Made by a program: the position numbers and the translations under genes
Shown here: in pieces, positions 1 through 13,596 of the stretch
Position numbering within the stretch: position 1 is the first letter of the stretch
Layout of the letters: each line of letters begins with the position of its first letter
The notes under the pieces: model-generated
What the model was told of the DNA's origin: nothing
Seen by the model: only the letters and a program-made list of their open reading frames with translations
The model's database searches: none
From: Octopus vulgaris
Lineage: Eukaryota
Direction: 5' to 3'
Assembly: GCA_951406725.2 (NCBI GenBank)
Contig: OX597816.1
Span: 103,106,001-103,170,000 of the forward strand
Length of the DNA: 64,000 nucleotides

Positions 1-1136
1 AGTCGTCTTAAAGGTAGAGCCTTAAACTGTTTTGTAAAGATATGGAATCTGAACATGAAGCATTGCTTTTTCACACGAACGTACGATGGCCATTAAAGGA
101 GAACATGCTTGGACAGCTTTATGAACTACGAGAAGAAGTAGCAATACTTCTAGATTTGCTGCAGAAAGCAGATCTCCATGACAAGTTCCAGTCTGAAGGC
201 TTTCATCAATCTCTAGCTTACCTGGTGGACATCTTCGAAGCGTTGAATGCTCTCGACCTTAAACTACAAGGGGAAAACATCAACATTCTCACGTACCACG
301 ACACCATTCGAAACATCATGGCCAAACTCGACCTCTAGAAATATTGAATTCAGTAGGGAAATACAGCCAGTTTTAGCTACTTGGAGTCTGCTCTCATTCA
401 CAGTAACTTTGATTCTGAGTTAAAGGAACAAATAATCATTCATCTAACTGACTTGAAAAAAGAATTCATCAGATTCTTCCTGGATATAGATGAAAAGCGT
501 GAAGCTTGGAAATTCATCAGGAGCTCATTTCAGTGTGAAGTGACTGGTGTTTTGGATGAGGTGCAAGAGGAGTTTCTTGAGCTGAAGTTCAACTCCCCAG
601 CTAAGGAAGACTTCCAAGAATTGGATCTTGAAACCTTCTGGATTAAGTACCTTCCTGTTTACGCTCTGATCTCACACCATACCTTCCATTATTCGGATTT
701 TCGCTATGTTTGGATCTACGTATCTTTGTGAAGTTGCATCATCCATGCTCGATGCTGTCAAGACCAAGTACAGAAACAGGCTGAATGCTGAAAGGGACAT
801 ATTGTGCACTCTCTGGCTTTCATCTATGCATTCAAGATCTTGTAGCTAAGAAGCAGTGTCAAGTATCTCACTAATAATGTGACTAATTCATATTCAATAA
901 AAAAAAAACTTTTTTTTTTTGCTAAGAAGCAGTGTCAAGTATCTCACTTTTTGTATAATGTGATTATATATAAAATTATACATATTTTGTATAATGTGAC
1001 TAATTCATATTCAATAAAAAAATTGAAAACATTTTAGATTTTATTTAAAGTCCGGTAGGGGATTTTATTCATAGATGCAAGTGGGGCGTGGAGAGAAGGA
1101 CAAATTCCTGGGTAATAAAAAGGTTAAGAACCACTG
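1..1136 (+). mobile_element. hAT (Charlie/Buster-type) DNA transposon, 3' part with disrupted transposase and right TIR
   Basis: ORFs 42-338 and 381-731 carry MESEHEALLFHTNVRW..., YLVDIFEALNALDLKLQG and FWIKYLPVY, typical of Charlie/ZBED5-like transposases. The reading ends KKQCQVSH* at ~874 and has stops and frameshifts. The terminus AAGGTTAAGAACCACTG (to 1136) is the reverse complement of a CAGTGGTTCTTAACC-type TIR. Confidence 0.85.
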
Positions 1137-3894
1137 ATTTAAAATAAACTGAATAAGTTCGAACGCCTTGAAGAGAGCGTGAATTCTGAGTTTTGGCAGG
1201 CCCTTTCACATGAAACTGTTCTATATCGGGAACTTTATTAATTGATTTTTGCCCATGCAAAAGATCTTTTTTTAAGCTTTATTATTTTTTTTTTTTAAGA
1301 ATTAAAAATTTTATTACTTCTCAAAATTTCAAATTAGCCAGCAGATAGACACGTTAGCACGCTGGACAAAACGCATAGCAACATTTCTTCGACTTTACCT
1401 TCGGGGTCGATAAAGTAAAGATCAATCGAGCACTAGGATCGATGTTATCGACTGGCTTTCTTGGCCCAAAATTTCAAGTCCTGTTCTTATAGTAGAAAGA
1501 ACAGTTTCTCAAAATTTATTTATGGTTTTCTAACTTTGTCTAAATGCAACAAACTTAGTGAGGAGCGATGTTGTCGTCGTTGTTCTTTAGCCCCAGGTCA
1601 GCTCTAACCAAGTAGACCTATGATCATACTTCGATATTTTATTTCCCACACAGTGTATCCAAGACAACATCATGCGATACATATGTGTTCTATTCTTAGA
1701 TGATAGGAAATGGTCCGAAAGATATCTTGGTCATTGTTCCTAGCAGCTTGATCGACTACATAGAGGTTATCAGGCTTTCTCGTTATGTTGATTGAATCAC
1801 TGTCGGTACTTTATTGGTACTTGCTTGATCGATCTTGCCCACATTAACTGAGAAAAATGAAAAGCTACTTTCAACATCTGCAGAATTTGAACGTTAAGTA
1901 TCGTAATTAAATGTCATCAGATGCGTAATCTGTCACCGTAACATCTCTGCCTCTCAACTACCAAGGTGATAGGATTTCATGTTTTATCTTTGCTACTAAA
2001 GCATTTAGCTCTGAATAATTAAGTGCATATAGCTGTATATAAGTCCTGCATTAGACACTCTCAACCATTGCAAGCAATGGCTTCAGTTTCCAGTTACACT
2101 GTATGTCATCCGCTATTAAGCAATTCCAGGTTTTTTTTCTTAATCTATATCAGGTTTTTTTTCTTACTTTTAGTTTCCTTTCTTTCTTTTTTCGTCGCTA
2201 GACCCTCGTCAGCTCTTCTCCATTCTCAGGGAAAGAGACAGACAAACTGACGTACACACACATACATGCGAGCGCGTACAGAGAGTATGTGCGTGTGTGT
2301 GTGAGAGAGAGAGAGAGGGGGAGAGGGGGAGAGAGAGGGGAAGAGAGGGAGACAGACGGATAGAGAAAGAGAGTGAGACTCTCGCAACAGACTGATAGAC
2401 AGAGACAAAGAAAGACAGACAAAAAAAGAAAGGGACAGTGAAATAGACACACAGAGAAAAGGAGAGAGAGAGAAAGAGAGAGAAAGACAACACACAGCGA
2501 AAGGGATAGTTAGTCAGACAAGCAGAGAAAGGTTGAAGTTTGTCTATTGTTCACTCACTGTTCAATTGCCTAAAAAAAAAAAGACATCGCATTTTACTCG
2601 AATAGCAACAACTCTAGATTATTACTGATCCCCTCGCTTTTTTTTTCTTTCTGAGTTCAAATTCCGCCTAGGTCGATTTTGCCTGGGAGTCGATAAAATA
2701 AGTACCATTCAAGCACCGGGGATGATGGATTCGATGAATTCGATGAATTCGATTGATTCAGGCCCTGTGCCTATCCGAGAATTATTATTATTATCATTAT
2801 TGAATAAGAGAGCAGCACACACAATCAAAACGATGCTGGAGTACAAATATACACCCAATACACCCGTCATGACTACCGATCTGATGAAGATACATCAGGC
2901 ACATGCATTACAACATGTGCGCGATATGTTGACCTCATATCAAGATAAACAGCGCATGAACATGAGGGTAAGGCTCAGTTTGCACTTTTTCTGGTCGAGT
3001 TGCCCAACCCACTCAAAAGGTTCCTGAATACATGTTGTTTAAAGATGATGAATGAAGCACAAATGTTTCCAGGAGTGAATTATTCAAACTCCAAAGAAAT
3101 CCACTCAACACATGGCTATGATGCTCGCCCAGAACTTCAGCTCGTGAACAGTGGTGCACATATCGTCAGATACTAGGGGATGTGGTCAAGGTCAAGCAAG
3201 TGTCAAGCAAATTTGTAGTACTGAGCTGAATATTTGCTGTGGCCTATCTTTTACACCAAGTCAAAACATATACATGTTAATACGTCCAGTCAGTTAAGAT
3301 CAGAAGCCATGGGAGCCACTGCCTGGCATTGCATCAAGTCATTTTTCATCTTCATCATTTTCGGTGAAAGGCAACAAATAATTAACTAAGTTAGAATTTG
3401 AATTCAGAATCTAGACGGACAAAACTAGAAATTATTAAACATTTTGTCCAATACCTTTATAGTTTCAGCCACTCCATTTTTGCTTGAGAGAAAACAATGT
3501 TTCCAACTGAGTTGAAAATGCTTCACTGGTGAGGTTTAATAAGACTGAAACAGGTGCATTCCTTTAAAGACCAGACCTACTCCAATTTGCATTGCTTGTG
3601 ACGTTCAAAAATTTCAATCGGCTAATCTTATGAAAGTTATCTACCTTGGCTGTTGTTTTGTTTATTTAAGGGGATACTGTCTGTTAAGTGCTTAAATAAT
3701 CTCAATTGATCGAAGTTCTGTCTCACTCTATTGTATATATACGATTTTATCATATTTGTATTTATTATACAGAATGTTCCCCTGAAGTGTTATTTCTCAA
3801 CTATATTGTGTACAAGCATATAAAATAGGTTTTTATTTTAATCAATGAGATTGAAAGTTGTACATTTTCAGCTCAGCCATTAATGAAGATAATA

Positions 3895-5000
3895 ACTCCA
3901 ATTTTGATACAAAGCCAGCAATTTTGAGGTGAAGGAGCAAGTCGATTGCAGCAACCTCAATTCTTGACTGGTACCTTATTTTATCGACCCCCGAAATGTT
4001 GGCTGCAACAGAATTAATACTCAGAACAAAAAGAGTCGGAAAAAATACCCCTAATCATTTTGACCGACGTGCTAACGATTCTGTTAGCTCATCGACTTTA
4101 TGGCTTCAAATTCTAGCACAAGGCCAGCAATTTTAAGGATAACGGGGTAAGTAGATCACGTCGATCACATTGCTCAACTGGTCCTTATTTTATCGATATC
4201 AAGAGGATGAAAAGCAAAGTCGACCTCGGTAGAATTTGAATTCTGAACGCATTGAACCGGAAGAAATACCGCTAAGCATATTTTCCCGACTCTCCAACAA
4301 TTCTGCCAGCTCGCCGCCTACTAGTGAAAATAATAACGGTTTCAAATTTTGGCACAAGGCTAGCAATTTTGGGGGAGGGGATAAGTCGATTACATCGACC
4401 CCGGTTCTCAACTGGTACTTGTGTTATTGATCCTGAAAGGATGAAACGCAAAGTCGGAATTTTGAACTCAGAAGACGCAGACGGACGAAATGCCGCTCAG
4501 CATTTTGTCCGGCGTGCCAATGGTTCTATCAGCTTGCTGCCTTATTAGTGAGAATGATAACAAAATGAAAGCATATATATTCGGATGTTTTGAAACGCCG
4601 TGAAATAATACTGTCCAGAAGATGCATGAAATTTCTATGGAAGACTGAATCGACAAGGGCAGCGGAGTAGTAAAGTCGATAAAGAGATATGCGATATTCA
4701 TTGCAGTATTGGCTACATCCATTTAGATTGTGTGTTCAAATCACTCCGAGATTTTACTTTCCATCATTCCTAAGTCGATAAAATTGTAGCACAGAATATT
4801 GATTTCACATTTTGATATAAGGCCAGCAGTTTTGGGAGAAGAGCCAAGTCGATTCAACTGGTACTTATTTTATCGACCGCGAAGGGATGAAAGGCAAAGT
4901 TAACCTCAGCGGAATTTGAACTCAGAACGTAGAGACAGACAAAATGCCGTTAAGTATCTTACTCGGCCTGCTAACGATTCTGCCAGCTTGCTGCCTTCAG
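3895..5000 (-). mobile_element. Cluster of ~4 minus-strand copies of tRNA-derived SINE family A
   Basis: Recurrent blocks (GCACAAGGCCAGCAATTT, TGGTACTTATTTTATCGACC, GGATGAAAGGCAAAGT, GAATTTGAACTCAGAAC, TCTGCCAGCTCGCC) at ~3895-4100, 4100-4320, 4335-4548 and 4800-5000. The reverse strand shows A-box-like TGGCAGAATCGTTAGC and B-box-like GAGTTCAAATTCC. Confidence 0.75.
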
Positions 5001-6460
5001 TAGCAATGAATACTGAGGATCGATGTACGTGACTTTTCCTTCCCAAACGAAATGTTTGGCCATATATTTAAGTTAGAAATATTTTTGATTTATCAATGGA
5101 AGGATATTGGGTCGATTGCCTAACAGTATTTAGTTAGGTAGTTTTTACGCTCTAATTTCAAGCCTCAAGGGGTCAACTTTACCATTCAGACTTCCAAACG
5201 TTGGGATTTTGGGTTCATTTAAGAAATCGTTGCTGTTGTTGTTGGTGGTGGTGATGATGTTGTTGTTGCTTCTATAAATGAAATGGTTGGGGAGTGGGGA
5301 GAGCATCATGAACAGTAGAGTGCCAGATATAATGCCTTGTAGTATTTAATTAAGTGTCCATACGTTCTAAGTTCAAATCCCGATGGGGTCACGTTTGGCT
5401 TTTATCCCCATCAGAGTCGATAAAAAAAAAAGCCATGGAGTGGGGTCGATTCAATTGATTGTACTCCTTCTTTTCTTTTCACGTTAGAAGTCTGTGTTCA
5501 TGTGCCGATGAAAGAAAACTTTGTATGGGAAAAAGAAACGAAAGCTTTACCAACCAATAATAATAATACGTTCCAATATTATCAGTGATGGGATGATTTT
5601 TCAGTGGTAATAAAAACCTGATGGTAAACTCAGTGGCCCGAAAGCAGAATACCGCATAATCTAATGTAAATAGAAAACACAATAAGTATACAAAGAAGAT
5701 GCAACATACAATATTACTGCATCACAATAAGATGTTATGCCGTTTGTGTTTTTCTAAGTCCAAGAAGCAGCGAACATCAATGCATTCACTGATTAGTATT
5801 GATATAAGGGAGATAACTCTTTGCTTCACACTTCAACCGCAGGTTTTAAATGTTTAATACCGTTGTTATTTTGATTAGTAATATTAGAAACAATTAAGCA
5901 ATTAGCGACCATTAAAATAAGAACACCAGACAAAATGCTTAGCTACGGGTGTTTACGTTCTCAGTTCAAATACTGCCAAGGTTGACTTAGCCTTTCATTT
6001 CTCCGAAGTCGGGAAATATACCTAAAATATAATAGCTGTCAAATACTGAATCCCTTAAACCGACAATGCCCTTCAGTAGAGTGGATAGGAGAGAAGAGAG
6101 ACATCTATATTGAGGACGGCACTTTTGGGTCTGCGGTTTAAGACTGTGTAGGTCGGCGGCCTATATAGGTTCAATAGCAGTATCGTCTTTAGACGTGAGC
6201 ACACTGAGAAGTGACCCGGCGAGGGTGTCATACGGATCTAGGGAGCTCATGGGTCTAGGAGCCCAATTCTGATTTCTGTATGCAGTAGTTTTATATTGAT
6301 AAATAAATACTGTAGGGTGCAGTGCATTTTTCATGCTTTTGAGGTAAACAAAATAAGTTATAAGTCAAGTTTTGAAGTTGAAATGATCGACTATGTACAT
6401 CCTCAAAAGAATTGTAAATGAGGTAATGATCCTTCAGGCCTTGTGCCTATAGTTGAAAGG

Positions 6461-6530
<70 letters not shown>
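6461..6530. repeat. (TTA)n microsatellite, tail of a family A SINE
   Basis: Perfect TTA run directly after GGCCTTGTGCCTATAGTTGAAAGGA, the usual family A 3' end. Confidence 0.95.
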
Positions 6531-6531
<1 letters not shown>

Positions 6532-6568
6532 CATTGTCGTCGTCGTTGGTGTTGTTGTGGTTGTTGTT

Positions 6569-7580
6569 AAGGTGGCGAGCTGGCAGAACCATTAGCACGC
6601 CGGGCAAAATGCTTAGCGGCATTTCGTCCGTCTTTACGTTCTGAGTTAAAATTCCACCTCCTTATCCCTTCCTTCACAATTTCAGATCTTGTGCCTATAG
6701 TAGAAAGGGTCATTATTATTATCACTGAGGCGGCGAGCTGGCTGAATGCTTAGCGGCATTTCGTCCGACTTCACGTTTTAAGTTCAAATTCCACTGAGGT
6801 CAACTTTGCCTTTCATCCTTTCGGGGTCGATGAAATAAGTACCAGTTGAACACTGGGGTCCATATAACCGACTTATCCCCTCCTTCAAAATTTCAGGCCT
6901 TATTATATTATAAATATTATAATTATTATTAAGGCTGCGGGCTGGAAGAATTGTTAGCACGCCGGGCAGAATGTTTAATAATAATGAAATTATTGTATAG
7001 TGCTCAGGTGCACCAGAACTTGTCAAAAGTGCGTATAAAGCATATGTAGTAATGTACAAATGTCTGGAAAGTGAACAGTCTATGAGTCAGATATATGCGT
7101 GCGTGTGTATGGAGGGGAAAAAATCAGATGTAGTGTTGGCGAATCTCAGGAAACATGGAAGTTTTGAAGGATGCAGTGCTCTGACAACTAACAACTGATG
7201 CCAGCAGTTTGTTCCATACTTCAGCAACTCTTAGCGTGAAAAAATGTTTCCGAAAGTCATGGGAGCTGTGCTGTTTTCTGACTTTGTAAACATGTCCACG
7301 GGTGTTAGACAGGTGGAGTTTGAAAAGGTACTCAGAGTTATTGTTAGTAAGATGGTTAATAACTTTATGGGTGTCTGCCAAGTCAGCTGCCAGACGTCAG
7401 AAGCATTTCGTCCGGTTTTACGCTCTGAATTCAAATTCCGCCGAGGTCGACTTTGCCATTCATTCTTTCGGAGGCCGATAAAGTAAGTACCACTTGAGTA
7501 CTGGGAACGATGTAATTGATTGACCCCCTCTTCCAAATTTCAGGTCTTGTGCTTATATTAGAAGGGTTATTATTATTATT
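6569..7580 (+). mobile_element. Three tandem family A SINE copies; the third is split by a CR1-like insertion
   Basis: AAGG(C/T)GGCGAGCTGGC-type heads at ~6569, 6727 and 6931. The third head stops at ~6973 and its body resumes at ~7402 (AGCATTTCGTCCGG...TTCAAATTCCGCCGAGGTCGAC). Confidence 0.75.
6975..7400 (-). mobile_element. CR1/L2-group LINE 3' fragment
   Basis: ORF 7124-7381 (-) reads NTRGHVYKV...FRKHFFTLRVAEVWNKL..SVV...S...FK, the conserved CR1-type ORF2 C-terminus. Confidence 0.75.
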
Positions 7581-7891
7581 ATTTAGTTAGAAGTTGAGGT
7601 GCAGCATCCCATGGACTTCGTTGATCCTTCTAGATTAGTTAAAACGGTTACTCAGTTTGCAAGGAAGAAATTCCAGTGAGAAGGATACTGGAGATGTGTG
7701 ATTGTTTAGTACCTATTTCCAACCTCGCCCTACCACCACTACCACCACGCCCTATCGTTGCGGATAGGAGGTGGGGAAATAGGGATGCTGAGCTATCGAT
7801 TGCTAAATGCGTTATATTATATCGAGTTAGGGTGTAGAGGTTAGTAGAGCTATTTTCACCTGGTTGTGTGTGTGTGTGTGTGTGTATGTGT

Positions 7892-8004
<113 letters not shown>

Positions 8005-8131
8005 GTGGGTAGGTAGGTTTTGAGTACCTGGATGTGACATACATAGAAACAGAGCGTGTCGGGTCGCCTTGTAATTTGACCCATGTATAGGTATCTTTAT
8101 TTGCTTTGTATTTTAATTAAATTTGTTATTA

Positions 8132-8555
8132 TAGGTGCAGACGTAGCTATGTGTTAGAAAGTTTTCTTCCCATACCTACGGTTTTAGGTTCAGTCCCACT
8201 GTGTAGCACTTCGGTGCTTCTACTGCCTGGTAGCAACCAAAATCTTGTGAGTGGATTTGATAGACGGAAACTAAAAGAAGCTCGGCGTATATATTATGTG
8301 TGTGTGTGTGTATGTGTGTGTGCTTGCGTGCATATGTATGTTTGTGTGTGTCTGTCTTTGTGTTTGTCCCTTACTATTGCTTGACAATAGCTGTTGGTCT
8401 GTTAACACCTCTGTAGGTTAGTGGTTTGGCATAAGAGACCGATAAGATAGATATAGACTTGAAGAAAAGTAAGTACTAGTGTCGATTTGTTTGGCTAAAC
8501 CCGTCAAGGCAGTGCCCCCACCATGGCCGCAGTCCGATGACTGAAACATGTAAAA
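8132..8555 (+). mobile_element. tRNA-derived SINE family B copy
   Basis: Head TAGGTGCAG...GGTTCAGTCCCACTG, body CTTGTGAGTGGATTTG.TAGACGGAAACT, internal (TG)n and tail CATGGCCGCAGTC..ATGACTGAAAC. The same layout recurs at 36165, 46712, 56192 and 60395. Confidence 0.75.
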
Positions 8556-8645
8556 CGTCCTCTTCAGATAAAATATATCTGTGCGTTTATATTATGTAAA
8601 GATTGTTTTTATTATTTTAATATATCCCCGATGAAATCATAAAGC

Positions 8646-9100
8646 ATGGCCTCGACGCTACAGGTTTCCGTCCCAGTTTGAGCCAGTAGAGCTAGACCGA
8701 GAGGAGGGTAAAAGGCCAGATGGCATGAACAACATTTTCATTCTGCGGCAGTAGGCCCCTCATCTGGGATGCCGTATGCTGTGACATCTCCAGCGGCAAC
8801 CTGGTGTGTACAATTACTAATCCAGGTTTCGTTGCTTGTCAAGCCGAGAAAGGCATACTGTCTAAATATCGGCCGCTCTCTGACAGATTTGTGGTCGAGC
8901 TTGTGGTAGTGGAGAACTCCGGTGTTCTCGGCCGCCGGAACACATCTCTGGTATCAGGGCGGATATGACTATCCACACCAGTGACGCAGCTAATAGAGGA
9001 GCAAGTGGAGAGACCTCCCCCACGAGCATATTTTTCAAAACGTGCGCCTTTTCAACAATTTTTTAAAACTCTTTAGTTCATTTGTGCGATCAAAGTCGAA

Positions 9101-9134
<34 letters not shown>

Positions 9135-9620
9135 GTTTTTTTTTTGTTCTTTTTTTTTGTTAATCTTATGGTCACTGAAGAAGCTTCTGGAGTCATTATT
9201 TTATTTGACCAGCCTTCGGCGCTATTGAACTATTTGCTCACTCTCCTGTTGTGTAAAGAACTAAAACAAACTCTGATGTCATAGCATCTCGACACTGGAT
9301 GATCCTGTGGAGTTCCCTCTTTTTCACGTCACACCTATATCCGTTACTGAGGCGTGAAATTAATGAATGTAGAGTACAATTACGTATATTATATCAAATT
9401 AAATATTTCGCATAATATGAGAGAAATGGGTTTAAACTTGTTTGGTATGTGTCAGGGTGCCATTTTTTTATGTGCTCACTCCCGCTAACTTTAGAACTTG
9501 GCTGCTCCTCTGATCCGCCGGTGCGCGTCCCAGAGCAGCTATTCCAGCGTGTCTCTCTTGCCATCTTCCAGGACAGCACCATTCTCATCATGTCCGCTGG
9601 TGAACCATGAGGCGGACTGA
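8646..9620 (+). mobile_element. CRE-clade non-LTR retrotransposon relic (RLE endonuclease C-terminus), copy 1
   Basis: Translates to GKRPDGM...LIWDAVCCD...AEK...KY..L...FVVE..V.ENSG (8710-8930) and EQLFQRVSLAIF (~9533-9570). This matches the CRE-type RPDG-WD-AE-K-KY-ET-G...FQRISIAI pattern. Confidence 0.65.
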
Positions 9621-10269
9621 CAAATCCTGATATTACTTGTTACTTATTGCTTTATTTAATCTATGATAATTAGTATTGAGCTAAACCACTTACAAAAAGT
9701 ATCAAAAGTTAAGAGAGGAAGAGAGAGAGAGAGAGAGAGAGAGAGATTAAGAGCCAATGAAGGGACTTTGGGATAGTGGATACAAGAGTTGATAAAGGGT
9801 TTAGTGTATAGTTCAGCTAATAGCCTCGAATTAAATTCCTGGGTGACTCAGTATATATTTTGGTAAAAGCCGAACGAACAAGCGATTTCTTAACTAGAGG
9901 AGGAACTAACAGGAGGAATTTTCTTGGCATGGATAACGAAATGAGAATAGTCTACCCCCGTAGACTTAACGAAAATTTTGGAGACGTCAGTGTCTCATCT
10001 TCGCTTTCTTTTATATAAAACTGTATATGTACATCTTGATTCTCTCTTCGTATATGAATGAGACCTGGTAACAGAAGGAGGTAGAATGGTAGAATCGTTG
10101 GAGCACCAGGAAACAATAGCATACGATATTTGTTCCGGTTCTTAACGTTTTGAGTTCAGATCCTTCTGAAATCAACTTTGTCTTTTATACTTTCTTTTGT
10201 CGATATAAGAAAGTATCAGTCAAGAACTAAGGTTGATATAATCGGCAAACCTCGCCCCGAAATTTTCAG

Positions 10270-10860
10270 AAGATCCTTCAGCTGCCAACATCCAATCAAT
10301 TGTGGTCTCGGAATTCTGTTGCTGATGGGTGCACAGGCACACTCTAAGATTGACAGATCTGCAGAAATATCTGGATTATGGCGACGGTGATGACGTTATT
10401 GAAAACGAAGGCGAACTGATGTGGGCGCTTTCAAGTAACAACTGAAGTGGATGTGTGGCATCTAGATTGTTATTGTAGCATCTAGACAACGCTTTCGGTG
10501 TGAAAACAACTCTCACATTCTTATAGAGAGTTTGTAAAAGGTAATAGCGACGATGAAATGGTAACAAATCTGAATGTCCGGAATACTTCCAAAACTTCCT
10601 TGGTGTAAATGAACTACAAAGAGGCAATACTTGTTCAAGACAAGTTCTACAGGAAGTGTCAAGAATTGAATCTGTCAAAGATGCGGGGTAGGGCGACAAA
10701 ACTGTCCTGCACAGTATAAATTCAGTTGCTATGCATTACCGATTTTTAGGTTGTATAGAACAACTGTTGTCGCGTGCAGGACGAATCCAGCTATTACATG
10801 TAAAAACATGCAAAACGTCCTCTTCAGATAAAATATATCTGTGCGTTTATATTATGTAAA
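10270..10860 (+). mobile_element. Degraded L1/Tx1-like ORF2 C-terminal fragment
   Basis: CQHPINCGLG..HRHTLRL similar to 12413-12490, and a CQRCG..DKTVLH zinc-knuckle remnant at ~10673-10715. Many stops. Confidence 0.5.
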
Positions 10861-10941
10861 GTATTTGTATAAATTCTTTTTGTAGTTGTGCGTAAATTAT
10901 TATTCTTGTTATTCTAATATATCCCCGATGAAATCGTAAAA

Positions 10942-11272
10942 CATGGCCTCGACGCTACAGGTTTCCCGTTCCAGTTTGAGCCAGCAGAGCTAGACTGAGA
11001 GAAGGGTAAAAGGCCAGATGGCATGACAATTTTTTTCATCCTGCGGCAGTAGGCCCCTCATATGGGATGCCGTGTGCTGTGACATCTCCAGCGGCAACCT
11101 AGTGTGTACAGTTACTAATCCAGGTTTCGTTGCTTGTCAAGCCGAGAAAGGCATACTGTCTAAATATCGGCCGCTCTCTGACAGATTTGTGGTCGAGCCT
11201 GTGGTATTGGAGAACTCCGGTGTTCTCTGCCGCCGGAGCACATCTCTGGTATCGGGGCGGAGATGACTATCC
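10942..11272 (+). mobile_element. CRE-clade RLE relic, copy 2 (duplicate of 8646-8974)
   Basis: Near-identical to copy 1. ORF 11072-11266 reads CCDISSGNLV...QAEKGILSKYRPLSDRFVVEPVVLENSG. Confidence 0.65.
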
Positions 11273-11289
11273 GCAAAAGTGTTAGTAAA

Positions 11290-13300
11290 GAGGTTTTCCT
11301 TGTCCCTGATACTCTGGTAGGTGAACCATTCTTTATAGATCTATCCATGACAATCACTACATCACGTGATATATCATAGATAGGGTTGGTAAAGAACCTA
11401 GAATAGATAGGGCCCTAATTAGTTTAGATCAATCAAAAGCTTTCGGTAGGGTTGGCCACCAATTTTTAGCGGCTGTCGTTACAATGGTTGTCTTCCTGAC
11501 GGCTAGTTTCGGTCCCATCTTCAAAGGTTGAATCGATGTAATGTACAGCGACATTTACTCAGTGCTCAGAGTAAATGATCATCTATCACAGTGGTTCCCA
11601 AACTTTTCCAGGCTGCCGCCCCCTTGGTTCTAAGGCCACATTCCTAGTGTCCCTTACCATCACTCACCATCACAGACATAGACCATTTTCTACGGCAAAT
11701 TCAAAACAACAATATTTCACAAATTAAAACTTAACCTAATTAAGCCTTTTTTTACATTCATCGCCCCGTTTTGGTCACCCCATTACTGTCCCATTTTTCT
11801 TTAATGCCCTCCTGGATCTTCCCCCCCCCCCCCCCAGGGGGCGGTACTGCCCACTTAGGGAACCGTTTAGTATAATGAATTCGATCCGTTTAGGCTACCT
11901 CCTCTCTCCCCGCTGTATGTTTCAAGGGTCATTCTACATGAATTAGAACGTGGGTGAGCTGTGTCAGCATATACGGTGACGTTACCTTAATAGTGTCGGA
12001 TAACAAACGCATCGAGGTGATCGACACTACTTTGAAGGAACACGAAGCGGAGACAAGAGCAAAGATTAACCAGAGCTTTGTGGTGGGGAGGCAGCTTGGT
12101 ACCTGGAGAGGCAGATCCATACTACCCGACAGCGTTGTGTGATGCTGGATAGACGGACCAATTAAACTGCTCGGAGTCTGGTTTGGTCCAGACTTCCACG
12201 TGAACTGAAACTGGAAACTGGTGTGATATGACTAGTAATCTTACTATTCTCACCCAAAATGATCTCAGTTTCCGAATGCCTACATCACATCTGTCATCTA
12301 TTACCACTCGACCATCATTCCTTACCCCCGTTTCATTGCTGACAAAAATGGAGCGCTTGCTCTTCCACTTTCTGTGGAGGAGACGAGTTTCACTGTTCAG
12401 CCAGGTCATTTACTGTCAACATCCACAGCGTAGAATCTGTGCATACCAAGGCTAATAATAGACAGACATGCACTAAGGCTACTTCATCTGCAATGTTTCC
12501 TTGGCGACTAGCAGGTATAGTCGCCGTTTGTCAGACTCGCTTTTCCACGACTCATCTCTTTAATTGAGCTGCAGTCCTGGATCAAGCTTAGACCGAGGAA
12601 GGGTATTTAGCATCCAGACTGTTGTTTGCCAGTCGGGCATTACAGTCGGTGGAAACATTACTATAGCGTTTAATAAGGGATTAGTGTCGGACAAGATCGA
12701 GATATGCTCGCGGAGACTCTGGACGTCAACGAAAATCAGCTGGCTGATCTGTTCTGGGGGACTTTCGGTTCAAGGTCAATGGATAATTTACTGAGATCCT
12801 TCTGCTGGGATGGGTATTGCTGATAAAATGAACCTGCCTAAAATGCACGTAGATCGAGGAAACTGTCATGCACGCACTTGTAATGAGCCCGAGAAATGCT
12901 TACTTTTGGAGTTATGTTGAACAAGTGCTATCGCATGTAGGATGGAACCGGTTATCGGCCGGCTCCAGTGTGAAGATTACATCGCCGCCTTCTGTGACTG
13001 GGAACGATAGGCAGTTTTCCCCTGCCTGGGGACTAAATGTTAAAGAGGTTGTGAGGTGGACGAAAGTAAAAATACTAGAAACAGACACCTTCGTCATCGG
13101 TCAGACACTCATCGACTTTTTAAAGTTTCAGTTGTATAGGAAAGTGAGGGTAGAGAGAGAGAGGTGCTGCCACCTCAGAAAATTTGTTCAAAGGTGGGTG
13201 AATGTAACGAGAAGGACCCAAGTGAGTGGACCTTTTCTAAAATGGTGCCTGTATAACGGAAGGGATAGGAGAAGGGTACCAGCCAGTGGTGTCTTTTGCA
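11290..13300 (+). mobile_element. L1/Tx1-like LINE ORF2 relic (reverse transcriptase to CCHC), pseudogenised
   Basis: RSIHDN...ALISLDQSKAFGRVGHQFL (11337-11470), VSIYGDVT (degenerate YADD, ~11963), KLLGVWFG (~12163), ERLLFHFLW (~12350) and CLKC..EETVMHAL....FWSYVE (~12835-12920). Multiple stops and frameshifts. Confidence 0.8.
11589..11865. mobile_element. hAT-type MITE inserted in the Tx1-like RT
   Basis: Starts CAGTGGTTCCCAAAC and ends in a degenerate ...GGGAACC. It interrupts the LINE reading LRVNDHLS / EPFSI. Confidence 0.6.
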
Positions 13301-13471
13301 GTTGTTGATCTAAGATTTGTGGTGGTGGTGGTGATGGTGGTAGTGGAGGTGGTAGTGTTGTTGTTGGTGGTGGTGGTAGTAGTAGTAGCAGCAGCAGCCG
13401 TAGTAGTAGTAAAAACAAGGTAGTACTACTCATCATTAAAAAGGCCCTCAAAATGAATATATATTTGTACG

Positions 13472-13596
<125 letters not shown>

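Noticed and set aside
845-1020. Short local duplications at the hAT transposase end around an A/T run
   Set aside because: Simple slippage or repair duplication with no evident function.
8529-8556. CCGATGA-CT-GAAACATGTA resembling a hammerhead core
   Set aside because: No stem I or II; it is a chance variant of the family B SINE tail.
9480-9626. GC-rich exon-like segment with a minus-strand donor
   Set aside because: The plus strand reads EQLFQRVSLAIF, the CRE retrotransposon C-terminus, and the minus-strand acceptor lacks a pyrimidine tract.
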